A stretch of 64,000 nt of DNA from a virus. The position numbers were made by a program, and so were the translations under genes. The notes beneath the pieces are model-generated. The model made no database searches. It worked only from the letters and a program-made list of their open reading frames with translations, and was not told the origin of the DNA. Location of the stretch: positions 47,117 through 111,116 of the IMG/VR virus record IMGVR_UViG_3300030329_001359. One strand, given 5' to 3'. Positions 1 through 8,613 of this stretch are shown in pieces. Position 1 is the stretch's first letter; each line of letters begins with the position of its first letter.

Positions 1-560
1 GTTAAGCTATCATAGGGAGAGTTAATAAGAAAATCAGAACCATTTACCACAAAATACTTTCTATCATCTGTTGATAAAACATTTCTATGTGTATAACTAC
101 CCAATTCATTTATCGCAGTATCACCATCTTTTACAAAATCTATAGTAAATGTAAAGTCAGCATTTGCTGTTACCGATACTGGTCTAACTAGAATTTTGTG
201 AAATGTCATTTTAAAAGGAGGAAGGTATGCATCAAAATATCTCATATTAGTATTTTCTTCATGTGCTCCCCACGGAAAATAATGTTTATCAGTTCCTATA
301 TCATCTTGAAAACTATGCTGAAATGTTCTGTAGTCTGTAAATTTAGTATAGCTTAAATCTCCAGCTTCAACACTTCTAGGAGTTATTTTATTAAGAGACT
401 TATCAATATTAGCTGAAGAATTGAACTGAGTATGAAATAATTGACTTCCTTGTTTTGTATACATAGCAACGCCTTTAGAGTTTCTAGCAAATACTATTTG
501 TCCATCTCTCATTGAAGATGCTGAAGGAGGGCTATTTCTAAATGTAATATTTTGTTGCAC
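1..560 (-). CDS. hypothetical virion-associated protein, 3' end runs off the window (not in ORF track)
   Basis: GTG at 560 overlaps the TAG of the 1186-aa ORF. Frame MQQNITFRNSPPSASSMRDGQIVFAR... is open to position 1. Same position relative to the tail tubular gene as 56895..57299. Confidence 0.75.
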   Translation of the reverse strand, partial: MQQNITFRNSPPSASSMRDGQIVFARNSKGVAMYTKQGSQLFHTQFNSSANIDKSLNKITPRSVEAGDLSYTKFTDYRTFQHSFQDDIGTDKHYFPWGAHEENTNMRYFDAYLPPFKMTFHKILVRPVSVTANADFTFTIDFVKDGDTAINELGSYTHRNVLSTDDRKYFVVNGSDFLINSPYDSL

Positions 561-3500
561 TATGATACTCTTTTATGTATAGTTCTATATTCAAAACTAA
601 TATCATTAATAGAAACTCCATTTGCAGTACCTCCATCATTGAAATATAAAGCTATACTTTGACAAGGAAATGGATTGTCAAAACTAAAAACAGCTACATT
701 CCATTTAGATTGACTAGCAAGAAATGAACCAGTTAATGCATAAGTGGAAGCAGAATGAGGAGTTGAAATACTCGTTTGAGCAAATGTTGTATTTCCATCT
801 GCTGCTACTTTTATTAAGTTATCTAATTGACTACCAGCTGAGTTCATATATGTTATATATATTTTATATATCTTTTTAACTCTACTAGGGTCATCAAAAT
901 CATAATCTTTTGTTATAAATGATGGTGCTGCAGTCGCAACAGAAGTTGGACTTAATTGTTTAAATGCTGCCTTGTATGCATATATAGACCTACTAGAACT
1001 ATGAGCAATGCTAGATGTGGAATTATACCCAGGTTCTACAACAACTTTATCTGATATTACATTTTTAACAAAAAATTCTTCATTTCCGTCTCCAACTTCA
1101 GGAACAGAGTCGTCACTAGAATCTGCTGCTACAAGCCTATCTCCAACTTGAATATTATTTGCTGCAGATGCGTTCAAATCAAGAGTTATATTTTTTATAG
1201 AAACTTCATTTATATACCAAGCTGTTTCTACTGCTGTTCCTGTACCATCACTACCATCGTGATATATCATAATACAGGGGTCTGCGCTCGCAGAAGAACA
1301 TTCTACATCAAGGGTATACTCAGTAGAAACATTTGTTATTGTTCCTATGTCAACAATATTACTAAAAAAATTAAGTTTAAAAACTATATTTTCAATATTA
1401 TCACCAGCACTACCAGCGTGTTGCAAATTAATAGTAACTCTATAAAAAGAAGATGCAATTATAGCAGCACTCGTTAATTTATTAAGAGCCAATTGAGCAC
1501 CTTCTTTATTACCATTATTGTTAGTATGGTCTAATTCAAGTCTATCATTAGCAGTACTATGAGAAAAAGCAGGGGCTACTCCATCTGGGGAATACTCAGT
1601 CCAATCTTGACTACCAGAGTTAAATCTTATATTTTTAGTATCAGTTATAACATCAACATCAAAATCTGGAAAATCTGTTCCTAAATTTAGACCAGTATCA
1701 ACATAACCTTCATGAGCTATTACAACATTATCATTCCAATCCTTAATTGGATTTGTATAAGCAACCCCATCAGTAAATATACTATCATTATAAGTCCAAG
1801 ATTTAGTCATGAAATTATATATATAGCATATATCTTCAGTACTTCCACCCTTAGTAGGGTCTTTCATTATGTATATTTGTTTTTCTTTTGGAGCAAACAT
1901 TATTAATGGATTTACAGTATAAACAGCAGATTGAATAAATGACTCCCAACTAGGAGGAAGAGTTGCCCCATGATAAGAATTTTCTGTATCTTTTATTTTT
2001 TGCTCTGTCAAGTCAGTAACATTTTTACCATCGTAATAAAAACAACCGCTTCTATTAGCCCAAACTATTCCATAAGGAGTATCTATAGCACTAGCTGGAT
2101 GCTGTAAACCATTATTTTTCATTGTTTGCTCTGGAAACCAGTTAATAGGTTCTGGTTGAGCCACATTCCAAATGTGTACACTATTTGATTTAAACACAAA
2201 AAGTTTATTTGTAAAAAATTTTATTTGAACAATATCATCCGAATCTCCTTCAGATACATTAATATAATTAAACCCAGGGATAACATCATATTTTCTATAT
2301 TCGCTATACATAACTCTATCACCAAACCTAGTTAAAGAACCAGAAGAGTTTTCTCTTAATTTAACATTTCCATACCAAGCTCTTTCCCCTCCAACAGTAG
2401 AACATTTATAACTTTCACCTAAATGACCTATGCTATTTCTAATCATATCTGGATAATAATTATTAATATCTTCATATTTATATGGAGATACTTCTTCAGA
2501 AATTAAGTTTTTAGATACATCACCACCCCCAGGTACTGGATGAGATTGTATTTCTCCAAGATAAAAACAATCATTTGGAACAACTCCACTTGCCCATATT
2601 TGGTCTGCGTCTGTAGCATCTCCATCAGTTTCAGTACCAGTTACTTTTCTCCAAGTGACATAATCACCAGTTAAACTAGTTCGACCACCTTTTGCTAAAT
2701 CAATATCAACTAATAAAGACCAATTCTCATCTCCAATTTTTTTAATATAAATTCTACCACCAGTTACTCTTGCTGGGTACGGTCCGAAAGCCGCTACCCT
2801 TATTCTTAATCTCATGCCTTCATTGTTCTGAGGAATAGTAAATTTTTTAATTGTATCTGTGTTTACATAATCTTTTTTAGTTCTTAATAAAGATTCTTGG
2901 TCTCCATCATATATAAAAGATTGAGCAAATTCATAATCTCCAGATTCATAACCTAAATAACCTTCACCATCAGTATCATATTGAACAGTAAAGTTAAAAC
3001 CACATCCATATTGAACTATATTTGGATAAGCATCTGTATCTATAGTTGTAGGATTAGTAGTCCCATATCCTCTATAAACATACATTCTATTATTTTCTAT
3101 ATCTAAATTTCTAACAACCATCCTTTCAGCGTAAAATGTAACCCCAGAATCAATTCTTCCATTTGTATTTGATAAACCAATAACAGCTCCAATAGGGATT
3201 TTACTGATAGAAGAATTTCTTACTTCTATATAAGTTTGAGTTGCAGTTGGATTTTTGTTTGCATCTGATTTTATTTGACAAGCACCTTGAGGGTCTGTTT
3301 CGTATACACCAGTTGTACTTGAAAGAATATTATTTAAAGACCTAACTAAATGATAATCAGTATTAACTTTTTGGCGTTCCCCTGCTGTGGTTGTAGTATC
3401 TGAAAAACCATAAAATTTTGTATCATCAGCTCCCCCAAGAACAATACCATCTAAATACCAATTGTCATTTGAAAATCCCCCAGCTGATGAAGAACCTATT

Positions 3501-4120
3501 GTCAATAATCCTCCACTAGAGGGCTTTGGTAAAGTATTTATAGATTCTTGCCAGCCTAAAAAACTCCCAGTTCCATGTGTACTAGCAAAAGAACCAGAGC
3601 TATTAAATTGTACAGTTTCATAAAATTTATAATGTTTTATTAATGAGGTATTAGTATCATTAGAATCGCAAACTCTTAATGAACCTTGACCAGCGGTAAA
3701 TACAAATTCAGCATTACTACCAGACATAACTGGACTTATTGCATTTGCAGTCCAACCACTTGTCCCAACTTCAACTCCTGGGGTTCCAGATTCTATTACA
3801 GTCCCAGTGCTAGAATTGGTAGAGCCATTATAAGACCAAATATTTACAGTACCAGAATCTTCATCTCCTAATGCTACTAATTTATCGCCAGTTGTTCCTA
3901 CTGGAATAATATCTACATCAGTTTGGTCTAATTCTTGTGTAATTGGAGGACCAGTCAATCCCATATAGGAATGACTTCCATCTGTTGTTATTGCATTTAC
4001 TGTATATATACCATCATTATCATCAGTATTTTTAACAATTACAGTATCCCCAACTGAAAAATTTGAAAATCCAGTTTCTGTATTTAGTTTTTTTACAAAT
4101 TGACCAACTGGGAGAGCCAT
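560..4120 (-). CDS. tail tubular/nozzle (beta-propeller-type stabilisation) protein, C-terminal part, copy A
   Basis: Shares blocks with 57299..60085: DTPYGIVWANRSGCFYYDGKNVTDL vs KTDYGIAWVNENGAYLYDGQKVTDL, TKDYDFDDPSRVKKIYKIYITY vs TKDYDFGQPGQRKKIYKVYISY, and terminal INDISFEYR vs INDMTIIYR. Confidence 0.7.
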   Translation of the reverse strand: MALPVGQFVKKLNTETGFSNFSVGDTVIVKNTDDNDGIYTVNAITTDGSHSYMGLTGPPITQELDQTDVDIIPVGTTGDKLVALGDEDSGTVNIWSYNGSTNSSTGTVIESGTPGVEVGTSGWTANAISPVMSGSNAEFVFTAGQGSLRVCDSNDTNTSLIKHYKFYETVQFNSSGSFASTHGTGSFLGWQESINTLPKPSSGGLLTIGSSSAGGFSNDNWYLDGIVLGGADDTKFYGFSDTTTTAGERQKVNTDYHLVRSLNNILSSTTGVYETDPQGACQIKSDANKNPTATQTYIEVRNSSISKIPIGAVIGLSNTNGRIDSGVTFYAERMVVRNLDIENNRMYVYRGYGTTNPTTIDTDAYPNIVQYGCGFNFTVQYDTDGEGYLGYESGDYEFAQSFIYDGDQESLLRTKKDYVNTDTIKKFTIPQNNEGMRLRIRVAAFGPYPARVTGGRIYIKKIGDENWSLLVDIDLAKGGRTSLTGDYVTWRKVTGTETDGDATDADQIWASGVVPNDCFYLGEIQSHPVPGGGDVSKNLISEEVSPYKYEDINNYYPDMIRNSIGHLGESYKCSTVGGERAWYGNVKLRENSSGSLTRFGDRVMYSEYRKYDVIPGFNYINVSEGDSDDIVQIKFFTNKLFVFKSNSVHIWNVAQPEPINWFPEQTMKNNGLQHPASAIDTPYGIVWANRSGCFYYDGKNVTDLTEQKIKDTENSYHGATLPPSWESFIQSAVYTVNPLIMFAPKEKQIYIMKDPTKGGSTEDICYIYNFMTKSWTYNDSIFTDGVAYTNPIKDWNDNVVIAHEGYVDTGLNLGTDFPDFDVDVITDTKNIRFNSGSQDWTEYSPDGVAPAFSHSTANDRLELDHTNNNGNKEGAQLALNKLTSAAIIASSFYRVTINLQHAGSAGDNIENIVFKLNFFSNIVDIGTITNVSTEYTLDVECSSASADPCIMIYHDGSDGTGTAVETAWYINEVSIKNITLDLNASAANNIQVGDRLVAADSSDDSVPEVGDGNEEFFVKNVISDKVVVEPGYNSTSSIAHSSSRSIYAYKAAFKQLSPTSVATAAPSFITKDYDFDDPSRVKKIYKIYITYMNSAGSQLDNLIKVAADGNTTFAQTSISTPHSASTYALTGSFLASQSKWNVAVFSFDNPFPCQSIALYFNDGGTANGVSINDISFEYRTIHKRVS

Positions 4121-4482
4121 TATAAACCTGAAGGTGGTGTAGGAGCAGTAGGACTACTTAAATTAGCCTCAGTTCCACCAGTATGAAATTCAACAGTAGC
4201 ACCAGTAAGACCAGTTCCACCAGAGACATCATGGTCGCTTTCAAAATAAAACAGATTTCTACCCCCAGAATTCCCAATAATAAAAGAACTTTTACTAGAA
4301 ATACTTTTATTTGATACTAGACCATTATGGGCTATCAAGCTACCAGAAGGTCTTAAAGCTCCAAGTTGGTCTACATAAAAGTTGTTTAAGTAAGCAAACT
4401 CTCTTTTATCAATATCTCTAGGGTCTTGTACTGAATTAATCCCACCAGAAAAATCTCTAACAGTAAATATTTTCTTAGGCAT
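4120..4482 (-). CDS. tail tubular/nozzle protein, N-terminal part, copy A (start likely MPKKIF)
   Basis: MPKKIFTVRDFSGGINSVQDPRDI aligns with MPKQIQPIQEFHGGLSDASDARDI, the N-terminus of 57299..60085. The F-x-GG-(I/L) start is typical of podovirus stabilisation proteins. TAATG overlap with the next ORF. Confidence 0.7.
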   Translation of the reverse strand: MPKKIFTVRDFSGGINSVQDPRDIDKREFAYLNNFYVDQLGALRPSGSLIAHNGLVSNKSISSKSSFIIGNSGGRNLFYFESDHDVSGGTGLTGATVEFHTGGTEANLSSPTAPTPPSGL

Positions 4483-4483
4483 A

Positions 4484-4963
4484 TCACGAGCCACCATCTG
4501 CTAATATTGCAGCAACATGGCAATTTACAGTACCACTATGAGTCCCACTAGGTTTACCAGATGCTCCAGTCATTGTAACTGGTATAACATGGACAGAGCC
4601 AATTGGAGTTAAACGACATTTCATAACTAACATCTCCCCAGCTCCTATAAACATATTACCAGCACTATTCCAAGCGGCTGTACCAGCGTCTATTCTTACA
4701 GCTATTCCATCTGTTGCTGTTCCAGATATATTTTTTATAGCTATCCATTCTACATCATCATCAGCTACTACGATTGCAGTTGTTGTACCAAGAAAATTTG
4801 TTGTTCCAAGTAAATCACCACTACTACCAGTAACTCCTACTTCAGCAAATACCCATTTATCACCAGAATCTGCAGGTGTATAATCACATATACCAGATAT
4901 TTTAGAACGTATTTCATCTAAAAATATTTCAGTAGATATATTTGAAGTTCCAGCGTCAGCCAT
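4484..4963 (-). CDS. small beta-rich virion protein
   Basis: 159 aa, G/T/S/V-rich, in late operon. C-terminal pattern resembles 14624..15112 and 61215..61673. Confidence 0.6.
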   Translation of the reverse strand: MADAGTSNISTEIFLDEIRSKISGICDYTPADSGDKWVFAEVGVTGSSGDLLGTTNFLGTTTAIVVADDDVEWIAIKNISGTATDGIAVRIDAGTAAWNSAGNMFIGAGEMLVMKCRLTPIGSVHVIPVTMTGASGKPSGTHSGTVNCHVAAILADGGS

Positions 4964-4966
4964 TTA

Positions 4967-5059
4967 TTAATACCTTTTCTTCATTTTTTTAGATGATTTC
5001 TTACCTTTCTTAGGTGGTCTACCACGCTTTGAACCATAAGTTCCTTTTCCTTTAGGCAT
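4967..5059 (-). CDS. 30-aa basic AT-hook-like peptide (not in ORF track)
   Basis: MPKGKGTYGSKRGRPPRKGKKSSKKMKKRY with AAGGAG RBS upstream and an RGRP core. Confidence 0.7.
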   Translation of the reverse strand: MPKGKGTYGSKRGRPPKKGKKSSKKMKKRY

Positions 5060-5061
5060 AA

Positions 5062-5220
5062 TTAACTCCTTATTCCCATTCTTGTTTCTAGTTTAGTCAA
5101 TCTTGACTCAATAATTTCTAACTTAGAAAGAACTTTTAAAAACCTTTTTTGAGAATTAGATAATTCTTTCTTTGGTTTAGTTTCTTCTTTTTTAGAAAAA
5201 GCATTAGTAATTGATTGCAT
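5062..5220 (-). CDS. hypothetical coiled-coil protein
   Basis: ATG at 5220 just after the previous stop. MQSITNAF...LTKLETRMGIRS. Confidence 0.55.
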   Translation of the reverse strand: MQSITNAFSKKEETKPKKELSNSQKRFLKVLSKLEIIESRLTKLETRMGIRS

Positions 5221-5221
5221 A

Positions 5222-5449
5222 TTACTTACCTTTAAAAACGCCTTCAAGAACATCTGTAACCACGTCAACTACTTTTTCAAAGAATATTTGCTCTTTATCT
5301 TCAGAAACAAATGGGATGTCGATTCTTTTATTGATTGCACTAGCAATCTTTTCAGTCATCTCATCTGAGCCTAGATGCTTTACAGCCTCTTCTTGCATTT
5401 TCTCTGCTTGCTGTTCAGCAAGTTTAATTAACATTGATTTAATATCCAT
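5222..5449 (-). CDS. hypothetical protein (homologue of 61680..61856)
   Basis: INKRIDIPFVSEDKEQ vs INKAVDIPIISEKTEK. AAGGAG RBS. Confidence 0.75.
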   Translation of the reverse strand: MDIKSMLIKLAEQQAEKMQEEAVKHLGSDEMTEKIASAINKRIDIPFVSEDKEQIFFEKVVDVVTDVLEGVFKGK

Positions 5450-5460
5450 GTTTTCTCCTT

Positions 5461-5664
5461 TTATTTTAAAGCTCCAAGTAAAACAGTTAACAAAGCCATT
5501 CCTCCTAGCATATAATTACGCCAGTTTTCAAGAGACCTTGTTCTACCATTTGACAATCTGAGCTGTTCTTTTATGTCAGGTAGCTCCCTATGTAGAATAG
5601 TTTCTATTCTAGTAAGTCTTTCTTTTATATCAAGTCTATACTTATCAATCGGTTCGTAGTCCAT
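5461..5664 (-). CDS. coiled-coil plus C-terminal TM protein (holin/haemolysin XhlA-like architecture)
   Basis: NGRTRSLENWR followed by hydrophobic YMLGGMALLTVLLGAL. Confidence 0.55.
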   Translation of the reverse strand: MDYEPIDKYRLDIKERLTRIETILHRELPDIKEQLRLSNGRTRSLENWRNYMLGGMALLTVLLGALK

Positions 5665-5842
5665 TTTCTTTGCTCTTTATTTCCATTATTTCGTCTCGAA
5701 GTAAAGCCATCTTTTCATTATGTTCTATTTTCATTTCTAAAGCCTGAACTCTTAACTCCATTTGATACCAGCCCCAAGCGACTGCTCCAAGTACGCTAAT
5801 AATATTAAAGATAAATTTTGCATCTAGTTTAATGCCGCCCAT
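5645..5842 (-). CDS. TM plus coiled-coil membrane protein (lysis cluster)
   Basis: FIFNIISVLGAVAWGWY TM segment, then a heptad region. Confidence 0.6.
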   Translation of the reverse strand: MGGIKLDAKFIFNIISVLGAVAWGWYQMELRVQALEMKIEHNEKMALLRDEIMEIKSKENGLRTD

Positions 5843-6146
5843 TTATTCTGCTCATTGAGCCTTTTAATTCTGATACTTGATTATCAAGGTCATTTATTTC
5901 TTTTGTAATAGCGTCGAACTTTCTATCTAATTTATCATCAGATGTATTCCATCTGCCAATTAATTTAATAATCATGCCTTCCATGTTCTCAAGTGTTTCT
6001 GATTGACCTCTGTTTTCAACTTTTAATTTTTCTAATGCTTCTTGCTGAGTTTCAGATTTTTTAGATAAAGACATAACTAGATATACAAACATAACTCCAA
6101 CAACTCCAATCATTCCAGCTTCGCCATATACTGCCATGAAATCCAT
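5829..6146 (-). CDS. TM plus coiled-coil protein (holin/spanin-like), copy A
   Basis: GMIGVVGVMFVYLVM TM segment then long coiled coil. Near-identical to 62260..62577. Confidence 0.7.
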   Translation of the reverse strand: MDFMAVYGEAGMIGVVGVMFVYLVMSLSKKSETQQEALEKLKVENRGQSETLENMEGMIIKLIGRWNTSDDKLDRKFDAITKEINDLDNQVSELKGSMSRINGRH

Positions 6147-6256
6147 TTAAGCCTCTGCCATTTTTATAGTTGGATTATACATCCTATTTTCCCAAAAAAG
6201 AACTGTTAATTCCTGCATTTCTTTTAAATCATATCCCATAAGATAAAATATTGTAT

Positions 6257-6565
6257 TCACTTTTTCTTCTTTTTTGCAAAAGGATTTATATTTTTTTCGT
6301 ACCATTTTAGTTCTGCTTCCATTTCTTGATAACGTTGTTGTTCTTCTTCTATATGTTTTTCAACTAATTCTGTAATTGTATTATTTGCATCTGACATTTC
6401 TCTTTCTAACTCAGTAATTCTCTGAATGACTGAATAATATGAATACACCAATCCCGCAATAACGACAGCTGACTGAAGTAACCATTTAATATTAATAGAT
6501 ATAATGGCGTTATCATCAACGACTGAACCTCTATAACTTCGTGCTGTTTCAGGTTTTCCACTCAA
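6257..6565 (-). CDS. TM plus coiled-coil protein, copy A (start likely TTG overlapping the upstream stop)
   Basis: SGKPETARSY...KWLLQSAVVIAGLVYSYY. Near-identical to 62577..62873. Confidence 0.7.
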   Translation of the reverse strand: MSGKPETARSYRGSVVDDNAIISINIKWLLQSAVVIAGLVYSYYSVIQRITELEREMSDANNTITELVEKHIEEEQQRYQEMEAELKWYEKNINPFAKKKKK

Positions 6566-6852
6566 AGCACCATCCACCAAGCCATAGCTGTTTCAACTAT
6601 TAAATCTGAAGCTGTATTATAAGCCCATTTCTTTTTAGAACCATAAGGTCTCCAATCTTCAATTATCCATTCAAATATTTCCCATAATACACCAATAATA
6701 AAGACACCCATTACACACCAAAAATCACTCCAATGTAGCCATTGAAATATCTTGCATAAAAACGCACCTGCAGCAATATGATACGCTGTCCAACCATCAA
6801 GTTGACCAGTTCTTTGTTGCCATGATACTAATTTTGCTATTGGATTATTCAT
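6562..6852 (-). CDS. multi-pass membrane protein (HxxxG...WExxE motif), copy A
   Basis: MNNPIAK... near-identical to 62987..63277. An upstream in-frame extension from GTG 6957 is possible. Confidence 0.7.
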   Translation of the reverse strand: MNNPIAKLVSWQQRTGQLDGWTAYHIAAGAFLCKIFQWLHWSDFWCVMGVFIIGVLWEIFEWIIEDWRPYGSKKKWAYNTASDLIVETAMAWWMVL

Positions 6853-6953
6853 AATAGCTTTTTCCTTTATATTTTTAAAGTCACATTTAAATTCATTTTC
6901 TACATCTCTATGAGGAAATTTTTTCCCCAATCTAGCTAAACGAGTTCTTCTGC

Positions 6954-7274
6954 TCACCCTCTGTAAGCTATGCACGTTGCTGTGGAATTTGTATGATTAA
7001 TGATGCCACTAAAATTACCATAAAATATCTCACCTGGCACCATATAAAACCAACTTGTAATGCTATCTCCAATGTTTGAATTAACTTTTAATTGTAAAAA
7101 TTCAACAGCCGCGTCACCACCACCTTTACCAAGTGCTTGTATTGCTATCCAATTGCCACTATCGGGTTCTGATGTATTTGTATCATGTTCTGCAATTACG
7201 TCAAATCCTAACTGCCCTATAGCTAAAGAAGTAGCTTCTGCTGCTGTATACTTTCTCATTCCTTTTTGAGCCAT
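6954..7274 (-). CDS. small beta-rich virion protein, present only in copy A
   Basis: 106 aa. N-terminus MRKYTAAEA resembles LQKFRAHES of 13253..13588. Absent between 63277 and 63279 in copy B. Confidence 0.65.
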   Translation of the reverse strand: MAQKGMRKYTAAEATSLAIGQLGFDVIAEHDTNTSEPDSGNWIAIQALGKGGGDAAVEFLQLKVNSNIGDSITSWFYMVPGEIFYGNFSGIINHTNSTATCIAYRG

Positions 7275-7275
7275 A

Positions 7276-7725
7276 TTAAACCTTTATATGTTTAGACACT
7301 TCTTCAGTACCTTTATATTTAGGAACTATCCTTGACAATAATTCCGATTTAGTTTCACTAGAACTATAAGAAATTCCTCGTTTATCATAAAAATCTTTTA
7401 TTTTTGCTTTAGTATTATCCATAGTAGGATAATCTGATTGACTTGTAGCTACTCCATTAATCAAATGATGACCTCCTACTACTAACCTACCATGTCCATC
7501 ATCATGCTTTTTTTTACATTCTGATACATAGTATTCTTCTGCAACTTTAAAGCTATTACTTTTCTTTGCTACAGTTCCATCTACATCTACAAAATAATCA
7601 TAAGACGAAGGGTAAGCCAGAGTCTCTTTCGTTCCATCTGGATATGTTTTTACTCGGGTTGCTCCTGGGGTTGTATTTTTATGGAGTCTTACTCGATGAC
7701 CCTGACTACACCTTCTTACAATCAT
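7276..7725 (-). CDS. protein with C-terminal HeH/LEM-like helical domain, copy A
   Basis: NTKAKIKDFYDKRGISYSSSETKSELLSRI motif. About 88% identical to 63279..63728 by manual count. Confidence 0.7.
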   Translation of the reverse strand: MIVRRCSQGHRVRLHKNTTPGATRVKTYPDGTKETLAYPSSYDYFVDVDGTVAKKSNSFKVAEEYYVSECKKKHDDGHGRLVVGGHHLINGVATSQSDYPTMDNTKAKIKDFYDKRGISYSSSETKSELLSRIVPKYKGTEEVSKHIKV

Positions 7726-7991
7726 GCTTCTGCTTCTACCTCTTCAGGTTCTAAAGCTTTTTTAAGATCTGCAAAACCTTTTTGAAACTTCTCTACAAAT
7801 ACTTTTTCACATTCAACTAATTGTTGTCTCATGAAAGCATTTGTATTCAGCTTATTTTGTATGTCTCTTACATGGTCTTGGTCTAATGCAACCTGACCTG
7901 CAAGTTTTTTTTGTGAATCAGTCATATCATCGATAAAAAAGTCTTCTCCATCGAGTTTTAAGACTGGCTTTTCTTTTTGTTCTTTAGCCAT
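7722..7991 (-). CDS. tail fibre-associated coiled-coil protein, copy A
   Basis: AAGGAG RBS. Near-identical to 63725..64000. Confidence 0.75.
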   Translation of the reverse strand: MAKEQKEKPVLKLDGEDFFIDDMTDSQKKLAGQVALDQDHVRDIQNKLNTNAFMRQQLVECEKVFVEKFQKGFADLKKALEPEEVEAEA

Positions 7992-8013
7992 TTCGTGACT
8001 CCTTGTTAGTTAA

Positions 8014-8292
8014 TTAAAGTTTTTTGAAATCTGCTATTGCTTTTGCTAATTCATCACTTTCTGCTTTTGCTCTTGCCATATCTTTATCATAACGAGCCTT
8101 TTCTCCTTCTAAATCAGATAGAGACCATTCTCGTTTTGAATCATCTAAGGCTTCGCCAGTTTCACTATCAAAGCGTTTCTGAGCTAAGACAACATGAGCT
8201 TGTTTTGTTACATTGTCATCGCTATCTTTTTCTTCAGCAACCTTTTCAAATGCAACCTTCTTTGCAGTTTTTAGTGTACTATATTTAGACCA
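8014..8292 (-). CDS. hypothetical protein downstream of tail fibre
   Basis: Intact ORF in operon with charged coiled-coil C-terminus. Start uncertain (track gives 8298). Confidence 0.6.
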   Translation of the reverse strand, partial: WSKYSTLKTAKKVAFEKVAEEKDSDDNVTKQAHVVLAQKRFDSETGEALDDSKREWSLSDLEGEKARYDKDMARAKAESDELAKAIADFKKL

Positions 8293-8300
8293 TCTCATTA

Positions 8301-8540
8301 TTAATCCTTTTTACTATCTTCATACGCTTTTTTAACTGCATCTGTCCATAGACTATTTGCCAATGCTTTTAATTCATCAGATTCACCACTTACATCAGCA
8401 TCTGGCATAAATGATGTTCGGTTATATGAAAATGATATTTCTTTACCATCTTCTTCAATCGCAGTTCTTTTTCGTTGCTGAATAATTTTGTACTCACCAC
8501 GAACTTCATAATCGTATGTTACTTTCTTTTCTAAAGCCAT
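8301..8540 (-). CDS. probable tail fibre assembly/chaperone protein
   Basis: Directly after the fibre, AAGGAG RBS, acidic 79 aa ending LWTDAVKKAY. Confidence 0.55.
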   Translation of the reverse strand: MALEKKVTYDYEVRGEYKIIQQRKRTAIEEDGKEISFSYNRTSFMPDADVSGESDELKALANSLWTDAVKKAYEDSKKD

Positions 8541-8613
8541 TCTAACTCCTTGTTGTTATTCGTTTCCAACTATATATCTATATAGTATTGAATTATAAAT
8601 CTTTGATAGTTTA

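Larger units (their letters stand above)
5829..7991. repeat. diverged direct repeat, copy A (partner 62260..64000)
   Basis: Five collinear ORFs with roughly 85-90% aa identity. Offset 56009 nt at the MAKEQKEK start codons. Confidence 0.95.

Noticed and set aside
5829-7991. Duplicated block as a simple terminal repeat or circular-assembly overlap
   Set aside because: The copies differ by many substitutions and whole-gene indels. True terminal redundancy would be essentially identical.
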